Assembly (NCBI GenBank): GCA_044892525.1
Contig: CM097885.1
Coordinates: 32,304,001 to 32,368,000, forward strand
DNA from: Schmidtea polychroa
Lineage: Eukaryota
Reading direction: 5' to 3'
Length of the DNA: 64,000 nt
This document shows, piece after piece, positions 24,101 to 33,413 of this stretch (positions are counted from its first letter, which is position 1; each line of letters begins with the position of its first letter). Under the pieces are notes generated by a model, which saw nothing but the letters and a program-made list of their open reading frames with translations, was not told the DNA's origin and did no database searches. A program made the translations under genes and the position numbers.

Positions 24101-27100
24101 AGAGATCAGTAATTGAAAATTTGGCAAAAAATGAAATTAATAAGGAAGTTATAATAATAGCTTTAACTTATGTTGTTTTAGAAATTGGAACGCATACGTT
24201 CGCAAGGTCAGACAAGTTAGAAAATTTGATAGACATCGCTGCCCGGCTAGTAAACGAATATTTAATGAGCTGGGTAAACGAAAAAGGTGGTTGGAAAACA
24301 CTGTGTTCATCTCTAACAGAAAAGAAAAATGAGAAGCAAGAAATGAGTCCACCCCAAAGACGAGTAAATGAAAGAGTTAAGCCAGAACTAAGAAAAACTA
24401 TGATATTTCCATGGGCGATGTTTATGGTGATTACGTTTTGTGCAATAATTACACAGACATCATCTTTAGTTGCGTACGATTGTTCCCAAATTGAAATGGG
24501 AAAAGTTTATTCGGTAGTAGATATGTCGGAATGCCCAGGTGCGTATCCGAGCAGTTTAAAAATAGAAAATGACGTAAAATATTATGTGTATCAAGAGTCT
24601 GATCTGCGAAGAACTCAAGTGAGAGAGTGTATTGTCAAACATACAACATTTGTATTCTATTGTGGTAAATGGAGCCATACGTCACTCATAAAAATGCATG
24701 CGATACCTAGGCCAGTCGAGGTGCTTCCAGAAAACTGTCTAGCAGCATTTCAAACAGGAGAATTAAAAATAAGTCCAGAAATTCGTTTAAAGGCAAAATT
24801 GAACCATAGAATACGAGAAACAATAATTGTAAAGGGAGTAATGAAAGCAAATGGCGACTGTGAAGGTGAACCATATAAAATGAACGGTAAAATTATTCAG
24901 CAAACAGTGGTGCTAGAAGAATATCTCACGGAGTTGAGAGAGTTCGAAGGAGCTTTCGATGATGATACGGGAAAATTACAAACTCATCCATTCTGTAATA
25001 TGAAACAAACACATTGTCAAACAGGGGAATCGATTCTTGTTTATAATGTAGAAACAAATAAGTGTAATTTAGCGCACTTAAAAACTATGAACTTTAAAGA
25101 GCTAGTAGGAGAACAGTTTAGAGATAAACCAGATAATTTCAATATGAATTATAGACCAAATAATACCATTAAATCAACCCCAGTATGGACAAAGCAAATG
25201 GGAACAGTTATAATGTCTACGTTACCAGCAGATGGAATGCGATTTATAAAAAAGGAAATCACAAATAAATGTGGTCGAATGGTATATGTAACAAATTATA
25301 AAGGTGTTTACGTGCCTAGAAATGTTGTGGAAGAAGCAAAAATTAAAATTCACAGAGATGACATTAAACTTACTCATTATTTTAATAATAAAATTGATTA
25401 TTTGTTTCATTTTAGTCAAAACATCATGGAAAATGTATATAGAGAAATGATTCTGAACGATTGTAAGTTGAATAAAGAGATTCTCCGAAATCGGATGGCG
25501 ATGGCAATTACGAATCCAAATTTAGTAGCACCTATGCTAATATCAGAAAATGGAGTGTTTGCGAGAATATTTGGAGAAGCATTATACAGTTACAAATGCA
25601 AAGAAGTCACAGTGAAAATTGCCAAATACGAAAAATGTACGAATGAATTACCAGTAAGCTTTGGGGGAAAGGTACGATTTATGGAACCGATAACTAGAAT
25701 CTTGCTTGATGAACAAACTAAACCAAAACTTTTGCAATGCAATCGATTATTAGCCCCTTTATACCGATTAGCTACAGACTCATGGATAGCCTTACCAGAT
25801 TATCGTGGGGTCAAGACTCCAGACAAACTAGAATTAACAAATTTAGAATACCTGATAAATTTCACATCACTAAACAAAATGGCACAAATGGGCTTGTATG
25901 CAAGCGAAGATATCGAAGAAGCTCAAAGGAATTTGTTGTTTCCATCCAAAAAGGAACGGATAATTTCAGAAATGATTGACACAGTATTACCGAATGGAGA
26001 AGGAACAGTAAATTACGAAAATTTGCTAACACCTGATCATTTCAAACGAGCTACATATAAAACGATGGAAAAGATTTGGGGCAAGTTCATGTTTTTGGGA
26101 CAAGCATGTGCAGGTTTAATTGGAATTTACGTGATTATGATAACGGCAAAGGTGGTAGTGTCGCAAATGTTGTCAGTACATCGAATATACGCAATATCGG
26201 GATGGTCATGGAAATTAGTTATTGGTTGTATTCCATTGTTGGCTAGATTCTTTATTACAGATCATCAATTTAAAGAAATGGCAAGAGTAAGGGCACAATT
26301 AAGAAATGGCCGAAAAAGTGAGGAATCGACGTGTCAGTCGGAAGATAAAAACGACGATCATAATGATGATAACAACAACGGGGAATCGGAGTATAAATGC
26401 TTTCGAAAAAGTGTAATAAAGAGTAAAGTAGAGCCAGAGTCCAGGTTCTTGCTTGAACCAATGCCAAAATTAAGCGGGATTGATACTCTTAGTAGATGGT
26501 ATACCCCGACATTTAGACCAACAGCACCAATATATCCAAATGAACAATTAAAAGAAATGAAATCTGTAGATAATATCACAATCGAATTAGAGAAGATTGA
26601 ACCAACGAGTGCTGAAATTGAAAGAAAGAATATGCTTGGTCTACCATGCAGCTATGCACTAATGACAACAGTAGTAGGAGGAAAACAACCTCGAATAAAC
26701 ATACAGTTTAACAAGAGAAAAGTGGAAGCTTTATTAGACTCAGGCTCAAGTCATACTATAGTAGCGGAAAGTTTCTTGACGTATCAGGAGAAAGCCAAAA
26801 TAAAACCAACGAATCACATTATTAAATCAATGTCACATAATGCACTAAATATTGTTGGAAAATTAGAAGTTAAACTGATAATTGGAGAGCAAGAAATAAT
26901 TCATTGGGTATCAGTGATGAGAAAAAGTCCTGTAAAATGTCTAATTGGCATGGATGTCATGGAGCAACTACATGGAATCTCTCTTGATCTGAGAACTGGA
27001 AAACTAATAAAAGGACAAATGGGTGAAGTAGTGCCTGAAGTAGGAGAGGTATTTCTAAACCAAACATTGGAAGTACCACCAAAAAGCGAAGTAATCTACT

Positions 27101-29487
27101 ATGCAGATGTTATGAGGGTCTCAGATGAGGAGTACATATTTGAGCCAAATCAAAAGCTGGTTGAAAAATACGATGTGCCTATGTGTGATGAAGTAGTGAA
27201 AGTCCAAAATAAGTCAGTACCAGTTAGAATAGCGAATTATAGTGCAAGATCCGTTGAGATAAAACCCAAAACCAAATTGGGAAAATTAACAAAAATCAAA
27301 TCAGAGGAAGCTCAGAAGTTACCGAGAAATATAAAAATTTATAAAGAACCTCAGATCACAAGCAAAGATTTGACGGATTTGCAAAAACAAGAATTCGGTG
27401 CATTATTAAAGAAATATAGAAATGTATTTGCAAAACATGAGTATGATCTGGGACTCACTCAGGTGATTGAGCATGAAATACCATTACTCAACGAAACCCC
27501 AATAAAATTACGGCCGTACAGAATACCATACATACATCAGGAAGAAAGTGATCGGCAAATCAAAGCAATGAAAGAATTCAATATAATAAGAGATAGTTCC
27601 TCACCATTCTCATCATCAATAGTAGTAGTTAAAAAGAAGGACGGTGATTTAAGATTTTGTGTTGACTATCGAAAATTGAACCAAGTAACGAGAAAAGATA
27701 CATATCCTATTCCTGTTCCACAGGAAATGTTCGATCAGATGGGGGAGGTGCAATATTTTACGGTAATAGATCTTAATAAAGGATACAATCAATTTAAAGT
27801 CAAAGAGGAAGATAGAAGGAAAACTGCATTTTCAGATGGGAAGGGTCTATATGAGTTTAACGTGTTACCATTCGGATTAACAGGAGCACCTGCTACATTT
27901 CAGAGAGGTATGAATTTTGTTTTGCGCGATATACCACATGCATTAGTGTATATTGACGATATTATAATATTTTCGAATAGTTTTCAGGAACATTTGCAGG
28001 ATGTGGAAACAGTATTCAAGCGATTGTTAGAAGCAAACTTAAAAATAAAACCCTCCAAATGTGAATGGGGGAAATCTGAAGTCGTTTATGTGGGTCATAT
28101 CATTTCGCGTCGAGGTTTGCAACCAAATCCAGAAAATGTAGAAAAAATTGGGAAATATCCTATTCCCAAGGATGTAGATCAGGTTCGACAATTTCTGGGA
28201 TTAGCCAGTTATTACAGAAAGTTTATTAAAAGTTTCTCACACGTAGCACAACCTTTGAACATGTTATTGAAAAAGCAAGCAAAATTTAAATGGACAACAG
28301 CTCAGCAAGAAGCGTTTGATAAACTCAAAGAAAGCTTAATAAAACAGCCGATATTAAGATGTCCGAACTTTAAAAAACCGTTTATATTAATGACAGATGC
28401 CAGTAATTTCGCATTAGGCGCGGTATTAGGACAGCAAGTAGAAGGGGAAAAAGATCATGTAATTGCTTATGCCAGCAGATCATTGAAACCTCATGAAAAG
28501 AATTATTCAACAATCGAAAAGGAAACGTTAGCATTGGTATATGGGATAACTACTTTTCGACAATATCTAGTGGGCAGAAAATTTGTCGTCTTTACAGATC
28601 ACAATCCGTTACAATGGCTAATGAAGCACAGAGATTCGGCCAGTAAATTAATTAGGTGGTCAATTGCGTTACAAGAATATGATTTCGAGATAAAGTATCG
28701 TACAGGAAAATCAAATGCAAATGCGGATGCTATGTCGAGAATACCCGTAGAAAATAATGTTGATCAAGATGAGAAAAATTGCGAAAATACCATATTCTTG
28801 GCAATTAAAACGGTAAATAATATCGAAAAATTACAAGATGATCAGGAAAATGACGAGGAATTAAATCAGTTACGTCAACATGCTGTCTCAATCAAAAAGG
28901 AGAGTGACTGGAAACATATTGCCGAAGAGAACCATAAATACATTATTCATGATGGTTTGTTAAAATGTGTACAAAATGAAAATTTGTTAATTATTGTTCC
29001 GACAAAACATCGAAAAGCATTGATGTTGTTGTATCACGATGGAGCATTAGGAGGGCATTTATCAGCGCGAAAAACATTATCAAGATTGAAACAGAAATAT
29101 TATTGGAAAACGATGGAACAAGATGTCAGACAATGGTGTCATACGTGTGAGATATGCCTAACAAGACGAAATACGGGACGGAAAATAAAAGTTCCGCTTA
29201 AGCCTATGCCAGTGCCAAAGGCGCCAATGGAAATGACAGCAATGGACATCGTTGGTCCATTGCCGGAAACAACAAATGGCAACAAATACATTATCGTTTT
29301 TTGCGATTATCTTACTAAATGGCCAGAAGCTTATGCAATGCCAAATCAGAAAGCAGAAACAGTTGCGAAAATATTTGTGGAGAATATTATTTTTCGATAC
29401 GGAGCACCAAAGAAATTACTTACAGATCAAGAACAAATTTTCAGAGTGAATTATTTAAATCAATCACAGATTTATTTGGTATATTAA
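21187..29487 (+). CDS. Polyprotein part 1: Gag - UBL x2 - Bcl-2-like - envelope-like glycoprotein - PR - RT - RNase H - IN N-terminal half
   Basis: ORF 21133-29487, first ATG 21187. Four CX2CX4HX4C knuckles (21982-22389); LLDSGS protease (26731); LPFGL and YIDD (27949) RT; TDAS...DAMSR RNase H; HHCC and the first two Asp of integrase. Confidence 0.95.
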   Translation: MSTQRQVNNTNNNDETPVSTVSVGNAREGNDYASCQKLPVDQYGGDPLEFVDFMADYYMYATAYGWSQSIMVQRLPLYLKGAAREAWQQIDKRIVANDWTKLKDALATKLIGGDIKRIMRQKFYNRVQKPEESVSEFAYHLSTLAEKAFEVKPEQAEMAKQVKELLQDQFLSGVKKEIKKALCYVDFNDFDELIKKAMKIELNLKSTQSKSESFAVISGASERSVTPIRNNRFQQTSSPSPKFRSKFESNKSTDIQTDGKEGPIQCSHCQRIGHHVNQCWFKNRVQRSPIPIQCDNCQRMGHDSNQCWSKNNVQRSPRQMWPDWLKGNGAKSFTKANINEPRTNDNLQCFNCGRKGHVSRNCFARSRSTSTSPSPQRDKVNLQGQIQCHSCRSYGHMARSCPRNVDKFQRPILKKSIRFQSDKPQMDNVAFIQPDNFNERIESEVREMGRRLDRLMSKFESEEDYNNHMMYESQEELNEKESKRRVIKDDLESEKATMIMTRIEKLIGNNEIESAKVIKSLRELSQISLSMRKIKSVISLCVNYYNMNPKYKEEIKELMKIFGKALREKTGLDSIFVEVVNGIDKSVLCCRCEANDCVNDLKNKLKEKKEGCMIELRFNERLLENDEFLVDCGFIPGSINELKMENVITSDEIMSSKIIDKRNSREILEELNDALYIGDEDEIDEKLQIIEKLEMEDNDKLKIVNTIRPYLHVKTRYAKLLRSLLQRLGKELRKARVELKPFLIALDYEGYGKTEYVDEHWCAKVRKLRKRAAETLGKDGIIIVMYKGEELDDDEYLYDCGCVPQELDENGYLIRDGRVGYLVNHIVVVKGVSLEVNIESNKPDTEEQDEKVKGNKEIDEIVSDNEQKDPDNKDQSTEPDVQGELLVPEGEINGEIKNKKVRTLYEIKKYLVRLEQDVDETKKMLKHLVKAVYPMFDIEIEVEDELKEIVKEMKNRLPEVMQKFGEENTFCERSVIENLAKNEINKEVIIIALTYVVLEIGTHTFARSDKLENLIDIAARLVNEYLMSWVNEKGGWKTLCSSLTEKKNEKQEMSPPQRRVNERVKPELRKTMIFPWAMFMVITFCAIITQTSSLVAYDCSQIEMGKVYSVVDMSECPGAYPSSLKIENDVKYYVYQESDLRRTQVRECIVKHTTFVFYCGKWSHTSLIKMHAIPRPVEVLPENCLAAFQTGELKISPEIRLKAKLNHRIRETIIVKGVMKANGDCEGEPYKMNGKIIQQTVVLEEYLTELREFEGAFDDDTGKLQTHPFCNMKQTHCQTGESILVYNVETNKCNLAHLKTMNFKELVGEQFRDKPDNFNMNYRPNNTIKSTPVWTKQMGTVIMSTLPADGMRFIKKEITNKCGRMVYVTNYKGVYVPRNVVEEAKIKIHRDDIKLTHYFNNKIDYLFHFSQNIMENVYREMILNDCKLNKEILRNRMAMAITNPNLVAPMLISENGVFARIFGEALYSYKCKEVTVKIAKYEKCTNELPVSFGGKVRFMEPITRILLDEQTKPKLLQCNRLLAPLYRLATDSWIALPDYRGVKTPDKLELTNLEYLINFTSLNKMAQMGLYASEDIEEAQRNLLFPSKKERIISEMIDTVLPNGEGTVNYENLLTPDHFKRATYKTMEKIWGKFMFLGQACAGLIGIYVIMITAKVVVSQMLSVHRIYAISGWSWKLVIGCIPLLARFFITDHQFKEMARVRAQLRNGRKSEESTCQSEDKNDDHNDDNNNGESEYKCFRKSVIKSKVEPESRFLLEPMPKLSGIDTLSRWYTPTFRPTAPIYPNEQLKEMKSVDNITIELEKIEPTSAEIERKNMLGLPCSYALMTTVVGGKQPRINIQFNKRKVEALLDSGSSHTIVAESFLTYQEKAKIKPTNHIIKSMSHNALNIVGKLEVKLIIGEQEIIHWVSVMRKSPVKCLIGMDVMEQLHGISLDLRTGKLIKGQMGEVVPEVGEVFLNQTLEVPPKSEVIYYADVMRVSDEEYIFEPNQKLVEKYDVPMCDEVVKVQNKSVPVRIANYSARSVEIKPKTKLGKLTKIKSEEAQKLPRNIKIYKEPQITSKDLTDLQKQEFGALLKKYRNVFAKHEYDLGLTQVIEHEIPLLNETPIKLRPYRIPYIHQEESDRQIKAMKEFNIIRDSSSPFSSSIVVVKKKDGDLRFCVDYRKLNQVTRKDTYPIPVPQEMFDQMGEVQYFTVIDLNKGYNQFKVKEEDRRKTAFSDGKGLYEFNVLPFGLTGAPATFQRGMNFVLRDIPHALVYIDDIIIFSNSFQEHLQDVETVFKRLLEANLKIKPSKCEWGKSEVVYVGHIISRRGLQPNPENVEKIGKYPIPKDVDQVRQFLGLASYYRKFIKSFSHVAQPLNMLLKKQAKFKWTTAQQEAFDKLKESLIKQPILRCPNFKKPFILMTDASNFALGAVLGQQVEGEKDHVIAYASRSLKPHEKNYSTIEKETLALVYGITTFRQYLVGRKFVVFTDHNPLQWLMKHRDSASKLIRWSIALQEYDFEIKYRTGKSNANADAMSRIPVENNVDQDEKNCENTIFLAIKTVNNIEKLQDDQENDEELNQLRQHAVSIKKESDWKHIAEENHKYIIHDGLLKCVQNENLLIIVPTKHRKALMLLYHDGALGGHLSARKTLSRLKQKYYWKTMEQDVRQWCHTCEICLTRRNTGRKIKVPLKPMPVPKAPMEMTAMDIVGPLPETTNGNKYIIVFCDYLTKWPEAYAMPNQKAETVAKIFVENIIFRYGAPKKLLTDQEQIFRVNYLNQSQIYLVY
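22909..23670 (+). other. Two ubiquitin-like domains within the polyprotein
   Basis: IFVEVVNG..SVLCCRCEANDCVNDLKNKLKEK..IELRFNERLLENDEFLVDCGFIPGSINEL aligns by eye to the ubiquitin pattern. The second copy is KVRKLRKRAAETLGKDGIIIVMYKGEELDDDEYLYDCG. Confidence 0.7.
24016..24315 (+). other. Bcl-2-family-like domain within the polyprotein
   Basis: BH2-like YLMSWVNEKGGWKTL, preceded at Bcl-2-like spacing by a degenerate BH1 region (NEINKEVIIIALTY in place of NWGRIV). Confidence 0.7.
24400..26256 (+). other. Envelope-like glycoprotein (chuvirus G-like, class III fusion type) embedded between Gag and protease
   Basis: Signal peptide MIFPWAMFMVITFCAIITQTSS|LVAYDC; Cys-rich ectodomain (VRECIVKHTTFVFYCGKWSH, GDCEGEPY, IFGEALYSYKCKEVTV, KCTNELPVSFGG, FMEPITRIL); hydrophobic segments at ~26086-26178 and ~26194-26256. 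Confidence 0.8.
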
Positions 29488-31376
29488 AACTTAGTACCTC
29501 ACCATATCATCCACAAACAGATGGTCTAGTTGAAAGATTTAATGGGACACTAATTAATATGATATCATCCTATGTAAATAGGAAACAAAAGGATTGGGAT
29601 TTATTCATTAAACCATGCCTATTTGCATACCGGAATGCAGTAAATGAAAGCACTGGAGAAACACCCTTTTATCTCATGTATCTACGGCGAAGCAATATGC
29701 CAGTCGATCTAGAATTTCAGTCACCTATTTCCCAATATATGGATGTGTCAGATTATAAAATAGCTATGCATGAAAGACTACAGTCAGTATGGATCCAAGC
29801 TGGACTTAACATAAGGCATCATCAAGAAGCGTATAAAGAATGCTATGATAAACGCGCACGGGCGCATGACATTAAAATTGGAGATCTCGTGTATATAAAC
29901 AAACCAGAACCAACAAAAGGCTTGTCAACGAAATTGCAACGACCGTTTAAAGGACCATATCTAGTGTGTGATACGACAGAGACTAACTTAAAATTGCGTC
30001 CACAAAACAATAAAAAGGCTGGGACAATCATCGTTCATGTAAACAGATGCAAGAAGATAATAGAAGATGAATCACGTTATCCATTGAGATCAAAACCAAA
30101 TAAAGATGCAGGGAACCCAGTAATTAAACAAAAGTTTACAAAAAACCCTGCTCCATTGAGTTACATCAATAAAGTTTTATTGATTACAACAGTAATGATT
30201 ATCAATATAATGTCAGTAAATGCAGTGAGAGTATTCCCGTTATATGCAACTAATACAGTTGTATTATTAGACAAAGTTCATATTTATTCAACATGTACTC
30301 AAATAGTTTGGGTTTATTATGCTGGAGGAGCAGAAGAAATAGAGATAGATAATCTAATAAACTATTTCGAACCCCCAATAAAATTGAACAGCACCAAAAA
30401 TATTTATGTGGCTAGACAATTAACAATGAATTATGAATACCCTTGGTTAATTACGCAATTGGATTCGAAAAGTAATAATACAAAAATACAAAATCTTATA
30501 CGTATTAATATTTGGACAAAGAGATTACATAATCGAGTATCAATTGAACCACTGGTAAATGGAATTGACATATATTGGGAACCCCAGGAATCCCAACAAG
30601 TAAAAGCAGTTTTTCAAAATTATGCGATAGATACATTGAATAGCAGAAAACCCTTTATAAAGTATGCAAATTTAAAATTACATCATAACTATAATATTCT
30701 GATTCATTATTATGAAAAATCTTTATATGAAAACGGAACTGAAATTGATAGTCAATGGATCAGAATACACTCTAGTCAACATATGATACGATTAGTTAAT
30801 GAAACAAATCGGGTTACTTTTCATATTTTCAATCAATTAGTGAACGTTACCCGACAAGCGGAGCCCAATCAAAAAGCTATTTTATATTATTATGGAAAAA
30901 TTCAATCGATATTAAATGAAAAAAATAAATCTCAAATATTAACTTTTCGTCAACGTTCACCAATATCAACGTCAAAATTTGTGTTCATTAAAATAAAATA
31001 CTATAGACGTTCTCTATTTTCAAATTTATGGCAATTAACATTAGTGGAAAATAAAATTGTGCAAATTCCATCTATTAACTCGCAGTATGGAAATCGAAAC
31101 AAATCAAATCAGTCCAACCGAACCCCTAGCTCTGTCAACGTAATCATCTTTTCTAGCATCAATGAGTCAATGACTAATAACGAAACCATATCGTCATTAA
31201 AAACTGACAGTGAAATTGTGTGTGTCACATTATTAATAACTACTCTCATTATAACAATCTCTCTTATTATTCTCATTATCATTGTGCTAATTGAATTTCG
31301 AACAATACCCAAACCTTCTACGAATCGATCCGAGATTGCGAGACCTTGGATCGTTTATGAAGAAACATTTGTGTAG
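29431..31376 (+). CDS. Polyprotein part 2 (after 1-bp frameshift): IN catalytic core and C-terminus, then a second signal peptide and a type I TM glycoprotein
   Basis: Frame of ORF 29319-31376. TNFQSELF...SPYHPQTDGLVERFN completes D-35-E; GPY motif; hydrophobic KVLLITTVMIINIMSVNA (30171-30224); ~10 N-x-S/T sequons; TM at 31215-31293. Confidence 0.9.
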
Positions 31377-31805
31377 TAAGACATAAATACTTTGCATGCA
31401 AAATTGATAAAGTAGTAGTAGCAATATAGTACAAATATTTTATGGATATTATTAATATTTTATTTCATTATGGATATGATCAATAATTCATTTTATTTTA
31501 CTTGTGAATCTGCACTTTTCAATGTCAACGGAAAGAATCAATTTGATTGGTTAGCGCTGTGTTAAGGGGGAGAGAAAAACGGGGTTAAGGGAATTTTCGT
31601 AAGGGTATTAAAAGAGGGTAAAATCCATTAAACTCCATTAATTTTGAGAAAAAAAAAATATCAACAATTAACTAAACGGTAATTATTATTATTTATTTAT
31701 ATAACTAGTCGGTGGGACGGTATCCTTTGGGTACCCCATCTCAACCCTAGTGTTAAAATTAAATTAACTTCAAATTTTAATTATATAACTATTGTAGAAA
31801 AAAAA

Positions 31806-33275
31806 ATGGAACAAATACAATTGGCAAGGTCGACCTACGACAGCTACATCAAAATGAAGAACAATCATGCCGGACAAAAAGTATACCGGATCAACGACAA
31901 TCTCCAAATCCCAAATTATTTAAGAATTGATGACCGAAAAATGAAGATCCAAATGTTTACGATCATGAGGATGTCAAAATTGCGATTAGCAGAAGAAGTC
32001 GAGATGTCAAGGAAAGAAGAATATCATCTACATGTGATCAAGGGTACCGTTGAGGTACTGACGAATGACAACAAAGTGTGTTGGGAACTAAAAAAATTTA
32101 CGTCGTGGAAGCTGCAGAGAGACTTCATGTGGAGAACGTTACGAGCAGCGAATGAAGAAACAACCATGGTAGTGGAAATCAGAATCGAAAATGAAGCGAA
32201 CGAAGTTCCGCAGATGCAGCCAAGTGCAAGAGAAGATCCAATGTTAACGAAAATTTCGAAAGAAATGTTGAAAAGGAAAATGTCGTTTCTCAGAAAGGAA
32301 ATGGATTTGGAAGAAATCCGCAACAGAATATTGTTTATTGATGCAGAATATGGCACGTCTGAACAAGGAAAAATGGTCCCTCTAGCACTAGCGATTATGA
32401 ATTATTATGGAAAAATAATAAAGAATATATACTTGACTCCAAGAGGAAAAATTCGCCATTTTAATTCAAGGATTCACGGAATCACAGAAGTAGCTAGCAG
32501 GAATCAATGCGATCAATATGTGGCAACAAAGGACATCCAACAATTGACAGTTGGCAAGATACTAGTGGGCCATGATTTACATGCAGAATTACAATATTTG
32601 GGAATATGGATTGAGCAATTATATGGCATTCGTGATTTGGCAGCGGCACCAGCACTCCAAAACAGGGGAGTAACCAGGAAAGGAGAATGGTTCAAATTAC
32701 AAACCGTAGTGAGAGAAATATGTGGAGAAGAGACACAAATTGGTGTGCATTCGGGTCTAGAGGATGTGAAGAGCATTCGCAAGGTATATCAGAGAGTGGA
32801 AAATCAATGGATTGACGATATACCAATGCCCAAAAACCTACCATCAAAGAAATATTCGTTGGAGGAATATAAAAAACTTCGAGAGGTACCATCAGCATCA
32901 ACTGCAATAGCGGACAAAGTGGCACAAATTCTGGTTGACGATGCAATGGAAGCAGAACAAATTGACTTGACAAGCGAGGAGAATGTGGAGATGGAGACGG
33001 AAAATCCATTAATTCCATTAAAGTGGGCCACCGAATCGTTTTTGGAAATTTCACAAGAATGTGTTTCAGTAATGATAAGTGTTTCGATGGTAAGAATACA
33101 CCCAACACTTGAGTATGGTCCAATGCCCGAATGTCGACAAGCGAGAAAAAGGAAAAACACTTCAAATATTGATGTTGGGGAGACTGTAACCATCGATGGG
33201 GTAATCTATGAACGAGAAGAAACAATAATACGGTATCGGCATGGAACCAAACAATTGGAAATAAAAATGAACTAA
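31806..33275 (+). CDS. DEDDh 3'-5' exonuclease (ISG20/REX4-like) accessory protein inside the LTR element
   Basis: 489-aa intact ORF: ExoI FIDAEYG, NSRIHGIT, ExoII KILVGHDLHAELQYL (Glu at the usual Asp), IRDLA, ExoIII HSGLEDVKS; basic RKRK near the C-terminus. Confidence 0.88.
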   Translation: MEQIQLARSTYDSYIKMKNNHAGQKVYRINDNLQIPNYLRIDDRKMKIQMFTIMRMSKLRLAEEVEMSRKEEYHLHVIKGTVEVLTNDNKVCWELKKFTSWKLQRDFMWRTLRAANEETTMVVEIRIENEANEVPQMQPSAREDPMLTKISKEMLKRKMSFLRKEMDLEEIRNRILFIDAEYGTSEQGKMVPLALAIMNYYGKIIKNIYLTPRGKIRHFNSRIHGITEVASRNQCDQYVATKDIQQLTVGKILVGHDLHAELQYLGIWIEQLYGIRDLAAAPALQNRGVTRKGEWFKLQTVVREICGEETQIGVHSGLEDVKSIRKVYQRVENQWIDDIPMPKNLPSKKYSLEEYKKLREVPSASTAIADKVAQILVDDAMEAEQIDLTSEENVEMETENPLIPLKWATESFLEISQECVSVMISVSMVRIHPTLEYGPMPECRQARKRKNTSNIDVGETVTIDGVIYEREETIIRYRHGTKQLEIKMN

Positions 33276-33413
33276 ATTAATATGTATATATATATAATAT
33301 TTATAAAAAATAAATAATGTTGAACTCGCGTTGTCTCAGTTATTAATTGGTAGCTCATCAGTTAAACCCCATAATTAAAAAAAATGTATAAATAATAAAT
33401 AAAACTTTTAATA

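Noticed and set aside
22818..26579. Multiple short antisense or alternate-frame ORFs over the polyprotein (and 32024-33225 over the exonuclease)
   Set aside because: Shadow ORFs of long coding frames with no recognisable motifs.
27040..27300. dUTPase between protease and RT
   Set aside because: Beta-rich linker with a vaguely dUTPase-like pattern (VRIANYS..VEIKPKTKLG) but none of the catalytic motifs.
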